A DNA stretch of 64,000 bases from the NCBI GenBank assembly GCA_965140585.1, contig OZ223269.1, forward strand, positions 576,001-640,000, in the 5' to 3' direction. The position numbers were made by a program, and so were the translations under genes. Position 1 is the stretch's first letter. Each line of letters starts with the position of its first letter. The notes under the pieces are model-generated. The model was given only the letters and a program-made list of their open reading frames with translations. It had not been told where the DNA came from and did no database searches. This stretch comes from Spirochaetia bacterium. Lineage in GTDB: Bacteria; Spirochaetota; Spirochaetia; UBA9216. Below, piece by piece: positions 56,920-64,000 of the stretch.

Positions 56920-58041
56920 ATGACTATGAACAGAAACGGATATCTTGTATTAGAAGACGGAACAGCTTTTCCCGGCAGGTGCTTCGGTGCTGAACCCGGA
57001 CAGCTTGCAGAGGGTGAAGTTGTTTTTAACACCGGAATGAGCGGATATCATGAGATATTTACCGATCCATCATATACAGGTCAAATTGTAATGATGACAT
57101 ATCCGCATATCGGAAATTACGGTATTGATGAAGAATGGTCCGAAAGCGGACCTGAGGGTAAAGAGCGAAACCCGGTAAAGATTCGCGGCTTTGTAGTCAG
57201 ATCTGTATACCTCGGGTCGGTTCCCGGAAGTCGCGGCAGCATCGATGATTATTTCAAATCGAATAATATATCGGCTATCAGCGATGTTGATACAAGAGCC
57301 CTGACACTAAAGCTACGTGAAGGCGGAAGCCTAAAAGGCTGTATTATAAAAACCGATGGTACTGATGATAAGGCAGCCATTGAAAAGGCAGTTGCAGGAC
57401 TCAAGGCTATGCCTGATATGCAGGGGCAGAACCTGATAGGCGATGTCGGTACAAGTGAACGGCTTACAATAAACGCCGGGCAGAAAGTGAAGTTTGCTGT
57501 AGTTGACTGCGGAATCAAATCCAATATCATCACGGAGCTTACTTCACGCGGGGTCACCGTTGAGCTTTTTCCTTCAACCGCGAGTGCAGAGGAAATCCTT
57601 TCAGCTAAAACCGACGCTGTACTTTTCTCGAACGGTCCCGGCGACCCCGCAGTTCTAAAAGACCAGATTAAGCTGGTTCAGGACCTTTTCGATAAACTTC
57701 CGGTCTGCGGAATCTGTCTGGGGCATCAGCTAATATCTCTTGCTCTCGGTGCAGAAACCTACAAGATGAAGTTCGGTCATCACGGTATAAACAATCCTGT
57801 ACGTGACGAACTTACAGGACGGGTTTTTGTAACGAGTCAGAACCACGGATTTGCTGTAAAACAGGAATCGCTTCCTGAAGGTACCGACATCTGGTTCATG
57901 AATGCAAATGATAAAACAGTAGAGGGAATTATCAATCAGAAAAGAAATATTGCCTGCGTACAGTTTCATCCCGAAGCTGCACCTGGTCCTGAGGATACTT
58001 CCTGGATCTTTGATAAATACGTAGAGATGGCAAAGGCTTAA
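56920..58041 (+). CDS. carA: Carbamoyl-phosphate synthase small subunit
   Basis: [42 protein letters not shown]. Confidence 0.97.
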   Translation: MTMNRNGYLVLEDGTAFPGRCFGAEPGQLAEGEVVFNTGMSGYHEIFTDPSYTGQIVMMTYPHIGNYGIDEEWSESGPEGKERNPVKIRGFVVRSVYLGSVPGSRGSIDDYFKSNNISAISDVDTRALTLKLREGGSLKGCIIKTDGTDDKAAIEKAVAGLKAMPDMQGQNLIGDVGTSERLTINAGQKVKFAVVDCGIKSNIITELTSRGVTVELFPSTASAEEILSAKTDAVLFSNGPGDPAVLKDQIKLVQDLFDKLPVCGICLGHQLISLALGAETYKMKFGHHGINNPVRDELTGRVFVTSQNHGFAVKQESLPEGTDIWFMNANDKTVEGIINQKRNIACVQFHPEAAPGPEDTSWIFDKYVEMAKA

Positions 58042-58052
58042 AGGAGTTTCAG

Positions 58053-61000
58053 ATGCCGGCTAGAAAAGATATTAAAACCATACTTATTATTGGATCCGGT
58101 CCTATTGTAATAGGGCAGGCCTGTGAGTTTGACTATTCGGGTACTCAGGCAGTAAAAGCTCTGAAGGAAGAAGGTTACAAGGTCGTCCTTGCGAATCCCA
58201 ACCCTGCAACAGTAATGACAACTCCTGGAATTGCTGATGTTGTCTACATGGAGCCGCTTGAACCGGTTTACATGGAAGAGATAATCAAAAAGGAAAAACC
58301 CGATGCTCTACTGCCTACGATGGGCGGTCAGACAGCGCTGAACCTTACCCTTGAACTTGAAAAGCTCGGAATACTTAAAAAATATAATGTTGAACTGATA
58401 GGTGCCGGTGTCCGGGCGATTGAACTTGCCGAGGACAGGCAGCTTTTCAAAGAAACGGTTAACGCTATCGGCCTTGATACACCAAAATCAGCAACGGTAA
58501 AAAACATAGCAGACGGTAAGAAGTTTGCAGAGGAAACAGGCTTTCCGCTTATCCTTCGGCCCAGTTTTACTCTCGGCGGACGCGGAGGTGCAATTGCCGA
58601 GAAGAAGGACGATTTTGAAAGTCTTCTGGAAAAAGCACTGCGTGAAAGCCCTGTTCATCAGGTACTTATTGAAGAATCACTGATAGGCTGGAAGGAATTC
58701 GAGCTCGAGGTAATGCGCGACAAAGCAGATAATGCTGTTATTATTTGTTCGATTGAAAATATCGACCCCATGGGCGTTCATACCGGCGACAGTATCACTG
58801 TAGCACCTATTCAGACACTCTCAGACCGTGAGTACCAGAAGATGCGAACTGCATCAATTGAAACACTCAGAGCTATCGGAGTTGACTGCGGAGGTTCAAA
58901 CGTACAGTTTGCAGTAAACCCCGAAACAGGTAGAATGATAATCATTGAAATGAATCCGCGTGTTTCCCGCTCTTCGGCTCTTGCAAGTAAAGCAACGGGC
59001 TTTCCTATTGCACGCTGTTCAGCAAAATTGGCAGTCGGTTACACTATGGATGAAATTATTAACGAAATAACCGGAAAAACCGTATCCTGTTTTGAACCGA
59101 CGCTGGACTATTGTGCAGTAAAGGTTCCAAGATTTGAAATGGAAAAATTTCCTACCGGTTACAAGAGCCTGGGAACACAGATGAAATCTGTCGGCGAATC
59201 ACTTGCGCTAGGACGTACCTTCATGGAAACCCTGAACAAGGCTCTCCGCTCAGCTGAAATGGGTTACGACGGTCTGCGGATGCTTGATATGGGCTACAAC
59301 GGACTTGATGAGATGCTTGAAAAGCAGCATCCGCTCAGAATTTTCGCAATATACACGGTACTCTGCAGGGAAGGCGCGCGTGCTATTCCGAAGATTGAAA
59401 AGACAACCGGTTTTGACCGCTGGTTTCTTTACCAAATGCTTGAGCAGATCGAACTTGAAGAAAAAATCGGTAAAGAAGGTGTTAATACTGACAACCTTCT
59501 TGAAGCTAAACGCTATGGTATATCTGACAGGCGTATCGCAAAAATATCAGGAAATACCGAGGAAGAGATTTCTGTAATGCGTTCTGAAAACGGTATAAAT
59601 GCCGTTTACCATTTCGTAGATACATGTGCCGGAGAGTTTTCTGCAAATACACCGTATTTCTACTCAACCTATGGTGAGGTCGATGAAGGAGAACCCCTTG
59701 ATGAGGATTCAGTTATAATTCTTGGAAGCGGTCCGAACCGAATCGGACAGGGCCTCGAATTTGATACCTCATGTACTCTGGCCTCGCTTGCATATCAGAA
59801 TCAGGGAACAAAAACCATACTTGTAAACTCTAATCCTGAGACCGTTTCTACTGACTTCAATGTTTCCGACAGGCTCTATATTGAACCTCTGAATTTTGAA
59901 TACGTTCATGAGATAATGAAAAAGGAAAAGACAAAAAAGGTCGTAGTTCAGCTTGGCGGTCAGATTCCTCTCAATATTGCCCTGGAGCTTGAAGCCTCAG
60001 GCGCAGAGATTGTAGGAACCTCAGTCGACAGTATCTATGATGTTGAAGACCGCGGGCTTTTCTCCAATCTTATGAAGAAACTAAACCTTACTCAGCCAAA
60101 TAACAGAATGGCTGCCAATGCGGACGAGGTTCTTAAATATTCGGAAGAGATCGGTTTTCCGGTACTCCTTAGGCCATCCTTCGTACTGGGCGGACGCAGC
60201 ATGTTTGTTGCCTACAAACGTGAGGAACTTGCCGAGTTTCTTTTGAAAGGTATTGAAATGTCAAAGGAACGTCCGGTTCTTGTAGACCAGTTTCTTGAAG
60301 ATGCCTTTGAGTACGATGTTGACGCAATTTCTGACGGAAAGAATGTTTACATAGCAGGTATAATGCAGCATATAGAAGCAGCCGGAGTTCATTCGGGTGA
60401 TTCAGCCTGTGTCTTTCCTCCGTTTAAAACAGAGAAAAAAGCAGAGGAAGAGATGGTTCAGTCTGCATACAAAATCGGCCGGGAACTCGGCGTTAAAGGC
60501 TTTCTTAATATCCAGTTTGCTTTAAAAGACGGAGTCCTTTACATACTGGAAGTTAACCCCAGAGCCTCCCGTACAATTCCTTTTCTTTCCAAGGCTTCAG
60601 GTGTTGATCTTATCGATACTGCTGTCAAGGTATGGAAGGGCATAGATCTTGAAAAACAGGGACTTACTGTAAACGGAACCGGAATCGGTCAGTGCCGGAC
60701 CGGCTGGGCTGTTAAGGAAGCTGTATTCTCATTTGACCGCTTTGCAGACCTCGATCCGCTTCTCGGCCCCGAAATGAAAAGTACCGGTGAGGTTATCGGC
60801 ACCGGCGAGACCTTCGGAGAGGCATTTGCAAAGGCTCAGGCTGCCGCTTCCGTCTACCTTCCCAAGCCTTCAGACGGAAAGGTTTTCGTATCCGTTCATG
60901 ATCGTGATAAGGAAACAATGCTTCCGATTGTTAAGCAGCTTGATGAACTTGGTTTTGAGTTTGCAGCAACCAGGGGAACAGCTGAATTCCTTTTTTCAAA

Positions 61001-61253
61001 CGGTATATTCCCTGAGGTTGTCCTTAAAGTCCATGACGGAAGGCCAAATGTTGTAGATCATATGCGGGCCGGACGGATAAGTCTTCTGGTAAATACACCG
61101 CTCGGACGCTTCTCGCAGAAGGGCGACCATGAAATCAGAATTGAAGCAGTCAGAAGTAAAATCCCGTACACTACTACTACTTCAGCGGCGCAGGCTGCAG
61201 CTGTAGGTATAAAATACCTGCTTGAAGAGAAAGCGGAAGTACGCGCATTATAA
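58053..61253 (+). CDS. carB: Carbamoyl-phosphate synthase large subunit
   Basis: [45 protein letters not shown]-terminal MGS domain. Confidence 0.97.
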   Translation: MPARKDIKTILIIGSGPIVIGQACEFDYSGTQAVKALKEEGYKVVLANPNPATVMTTPGIADVVYMEPLEPVYMEEIIKKEKPDALLPTMGGQTALNLTLELEKLGILKKYNVELIGAGVRAIELAEDRQLFKETVNAIGLDTPKSATVKNIADGKKFAEETGFPLILRPSFTLGGRGGAIAEKKDDFESLLEKALRESPVHQVLIEESLIGWKEFELEVMRDKADNAVIICSIENIDPMGVHTGDSITVAPIQTLSDREYQKMRTASIETLRAIGVDCGGSNVQFAVNPETGRMIIIEMNPRVSRSSALASKATGFPIARCSAKLAVGYTMDEIINEITGKTVSCFEPTLDYCAVKVPRFEMEKFPTGYKSLGTQMKSVGESLALGRTFMETLNKALRSAEMGYDGLRMLDMGYNGLDEMLEKQHPLRIFAIYTVLCREGARAIPKIEKTTGFDRWFLYQMLEQIELEEKIGKEGVNTDNLLEAKRYGISDRRIAKISGNTEEEISVMRSENGINAVYHFVDTCAGEFSANTPYFYSTYGEVDEGEPLDEDSVIILGSGPNRIGQGLEFDTSCTLASLAYQNQGTKTILVNSNPETVSTDFNVSDRLYIEPLNFEYVHEIMKKEKTKKVVVQLGGQIPLNIALELEASGAEIVGTSVDSIYDVEDRGLFSNLMKKLNLTQPNNRMAANADEVLKYSEEIGFPVLLRPSFVLGGRSMFVAYKREELAEFLLKGIEMSKERPVLVDQFLEDAFEYDVDAISDGKNVYIAGIMQHIEAAGVHSGDSACVFPPFKTEKKAEEEMVQSAYKIGRELGVKGFLNIQFALKDGVLYILEVNPRASRTIPFLSKASGVDLIDTAVKVWKGIDLEKQGLTVNGTGIGQCRTGWAVKEAVFSFDRFADLDPLLGPEMKSTGEVIGTGETFGEAFAKAQAAASVYLPKPSDGKVFVSVHDRDKETMLPIVKQLDELGFEFAATRGTAEFLFSNGIFPEVVLKVHDGRPNVVDHMRAGRISLLVNTPLGRFSQKGDHEIRIEAVRSKIPYTTTTSAAQAAAVGIKYLLEEKAEVRAL

Positions 61254-61260
61254 AGATAAT

Positions 61261-62094
61261 ATGAGTGAAGAAGGTGTAAACAAAGAAGAAAAAATTCAGA
61301 TAGGGGAAATATCCAGTCTGATCGGTACACCTTCTTCAACTCTTAGATTCTATGAAACTCATGGAATCATCTCGCCGGAAAAGAATATTGAAAATAATTA
61401 CAGGATATTTACACCTGCTCAATCCTGCAATATTCTGATGTCAAGAATGTACCGGAGTTATGACCTCAAACTTGAAGAAATCAGCGGTATGGTTACTTCG
61501 AATACACATGACAGAAATTTGGAAATTCTTAAAACTCAGTCAGAAACCCTGGAAAAAGAAATATCAAAACTTAAAGCAGTTCAAAACGAGCTTGATTCAT
61601 ATATAGAATTATGTGAACTGGCAGCTTCGCTTCAGGGCAGGACAATGATAATTGATAATCCGGGATATTATTTCATCGGTAATATTGCCGAGGGTAAATT
61701 GAAAATAAATCCAGGAATAAAAACTATAGTAAAACAATGGATGGAGCATCTTCCGTTCATCAAATATTCCGTTCGGATAGATTACTCCCTAAAAGCTCTG
61801 CAGGAGGGAGATATTGGAAACTGGGGGTTTTCTGTATCGGAAGAAATCGCCGATAAGTATTGTCTCAATGTTTCTGCTCCTGTTCAATATTACAAACCTC
61901 AGAAAAGTCTGATGACCGCCGTTAAACGGTCATCTGCCAGTTTTTTTACTCAAACTGAAATTGAACACATGCTGTCAGTGCTCAGGGAATCTGATTCCGC
62001 AATTACAAATGAGCTTTTCGGGCATTTTCTGGGTATAAAGCATAGCGGAAAAGTGCCTGCATATCTTTACGTTATATATTTACCGATAAAATAA
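61261..62094 (+). CDS. MerR family transcriptional regulator with C-terminal effector domain
   Basis: IGEIS...TLRFYE-x2-GII-x-P...NNYR; coiled coil; ATG 61261. Confidence 0.88.
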   Translation: MSEEGVNKEEKIQIGEISSLIGTPSSTLRFYETHGIISPEKNIENNYRIFTPAQSCNILMSRMYRSYDLKLEEISGMVTSNTHDRNLEILKTQSETLEKEISKLKAVQNELDSYIELCELAASLQGRTMIIDNPGYYFIGNIAEGKLKINPGIKTIVKQWMEHLPFIKYSVRIDYSLKALQEGDIGNWGFSVSEEIADKYCLNVSAPVQYYKPQKSLMTAVKRSSASFFTQTEIEHMLSVLRESDSAITNELFGHFLGIKHSGKVPAYLYVIYLPIK

Positions 62095-62104
62095 TAATTA
62101 TTTC

Positions 62105-62135
62105 TTGACCTTCAAGTAGCTTGAAGCTTTACAAT
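62105..62135 (+). promoter_or_regulatory. MerR-type promoter/operator
   Basis: TTGACC-19 bp-TACAAT with dyad CTTCAAG-TAG-CTTGAAG (62110-62126) in the spacer. Confidence 0.85.
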
Positions 62136-62164
62136 ACTCATAAATTCAAATACAGGAGAATTTC

Positions 62165-64000
62165 ATGAGAAAAGCTATCAAAAAGGCAGGTATTCTGTTC
62201 TTTATTGCTGCTCTTGTAATTACAGGTTTAGTGTCCTGTGTGAGCAGCTCTAAAGAAAAGTTTACTCCAGGAACTTATGTTACCGAGGCAGACGGACATA
62301 ATGGAAAAGTTAAGGTCGAAGTTGTTTTCAGTGAATAAGAGATAATCTCTGTAAAAATTCTTGAAAACTCAGAGACTGAGGGTGTTGCAGACAAGGCTGT
62401 AAAGATGATGCCCGAAACAATTGTAAAACGGCAGACTGTCAAGGTTGATACCGTATCAGGAGCCACTGTTGCAAGTCAGGCAATAATTGATGCTGTAGCT
62501 GCAGCGGTCGTTATGGCAGGGGGCGACCCTGAAAAAATGGCTGATATGACAGGCCGGGCAAAATCAGTATCCACTGAAACCCGTGACTGCGATATCGTTG
62601 TTATCGGTGCAGGCGGAGCAGGTCTTACTGCGACTCTGGCGGCCGTTGAAGCAGGATATAATGTAGTGCTTCTTGAAAAGCTTTCATACACCGGAGGCGG
62701 TTTTAATTATGCTGAAGGTACTTTTGGTATGAACAGCCCGCTGCAGAAAGAAGCCGGAATAGAGATGACAGTTGAAAAGATTTTTAAGCAGTCTGAAGAA
62801 TTTCATCATTGGCTTGCTAATGCAAAGCTTCTCAAAGCTTTCTATGAAAATGCCGGTGATTCTATAGCATGGCTTATGGATCATGGTGTCAAGTTCAGAG
62901 GTGTCATTACAGCCAATCCGCCGGACGGTTACCCTGCATGGCATCTGTTCGACGGAGGTCAGGCCGGCCGGCTTGCAGTAAACAATATTACTGAAAGAAT
63001 CGAAAACAGCAGCAATGGTGAAATTCTTTATGAAACTCCGGGAAGAGAACTGCTTATTAAGGATGGAGAAGTTTGCGGAGTTGTAGCTGAAAAAGGTGAC
63101 GGTACAAGGTTTGAAATAAATGCCGGCGCAGTAATTCTTGCTTCAGGCGGTTTTTCAAGTAATGAAGAAATGAAAGAGAAGTATCTCAGGTTTCCCGGTT
63201 ATCTGAATATCGGAGCAGGCGGACGTGAAGGTGACGGCATAAAAATGCTTGAACAGGTAGATGCACAGCTTGTCGGAATGACTGCTGTACTCGGAGCCGG
63301 TCTTGTAATGCCGATACCTATCAGTCAGCAGATGGGACCTGATACAAAATATCCCGGAATTCTCGGTGTTATATACAATGAAGGTCTTATGACGCTTTCA
63401 CAGCAGGGTGAAAGATACATGAATGAAAGACTGCCTATTGAATTCCGTTCAAACGCTACCGAGCAGATCGGCGGTACTGCATATGTAATCTTTGATCAGA
63501 AAACCCTTGATGAGTTCAAAACTAAGGGCCAGAGATTCGGATTCGGTTTCCCGGGACAGCTTCCTGGACTTCAGGAAGGTCTCGATAAGGCACTGGCTGA
63601 AAATAACGACTGGATGTTCAAGGCTGAAACACTTGAAGACCTTTCTGCTAAGACTGGTATGAATCTTGAAAACCTCAAAAAAAGTGTTGCAAATATGAAC
63701 AAATACACTGCCGAAGGTGTAGATCCGGAATTCTATCTTGAAGAAAGAGCTCTTTATTCAGTTGAGAAGGCTCCCTACTATGCTGTCAGGGTAATTCTTG
63801 GAATGTATGCAACTGTCGGCGGAGCAAGAGTAACTGAAAACCTTGAAGTTATTAACAAATCAGGTGAAAAGGTTCCGGGGCTCTATGCTATCGGACTTGA
63901 TGCCGGCGGACTCTACGGTGATACATACGATATGAGAATTGCAAACGGTGCAGCCAGTGGTTTTTCAGTGACAAGTGCAAGGCTTGCAGTAAGAGAAATT
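62165..64000 (+). pseudogene. Lipoprotein FMN_bind + FAD-dependent reductase (flavocytochrome/fumarate-reductase superfamily) with in-frame TAA; 3' partial, not in ORF track
   Basis: AGGAG RBS, lipobox LVSC, GHNG, DTVSGAT, VIGAGGAG, LLEK, ASGGF, GDG, APYYA, VPGLYAIG; single TAA at 62336-62338. Confidence 0.75.

Noticed and set aside
45693-62338. TAA stop-codon reassignment suggested by four in-frame TAA codons in three genes
   Set aside because: TAA ends many intact genes at their expected C-termini (larA, dctM, murG, carA, carB). The disrupted locus also has a TGA and a frameshift, which fits decay.
134-62944. Numerous 60-190 aa antisense or alternate-frame ORFs in the track
   Set aside because: They shadow well-supported genes and lack RBS and recognisable motifs.

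Overview
Chromosomal 64-kb window from an anaerobic, probably free-living spirochaete (inferred from the murG-cvpA-holB-like-HK-sigma54 RR synteny also seen at the Borrelia hk2/rrp2 locus). 1-16.7 kb is one co-oriented, apparently uncharacterised catabolic cluster: acylating aldehyde dehydrogenase with Cys->Ser at the nucleophile position, LarA-family racemase, MoaD, AOR, TRAP and ECF transporters, iron-sulfur flavoprotein, M20 and CE4 amidohydrolases, nucleoside hydrolase, aminotransferase and D-2-hydroxyacid dehydrogenase. It is followed by hemerythrin, a mannosylfructose/sucrose-phosphate synthase with a phosphatase-GH100 fusion, a GLUG lipoprotein, kdgK/IclR, an HDAC, hydA and a metal-homeostasis island (two Fur-family regulators, feoAB, znuA, YcgRQ-like pair, three distinct operator palindromes). 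Next come a self-contained galactitol-family PTS operon and a decaying HK/REC-GGDEF-EAL pair. The core region holds murG..rrp2-like, a degenerate DapF, apt, tRNA-Gln and tRNA-Glu separated by a hairpin-tiled spacer, and carAB with ARG boxes. The window ends in a MerR-controlled flavinylated reductase with one in-frame TAA. No CRISPR, IS, integrase or prophage was seen. All product calls come from motif recognition by eye, not database searches.
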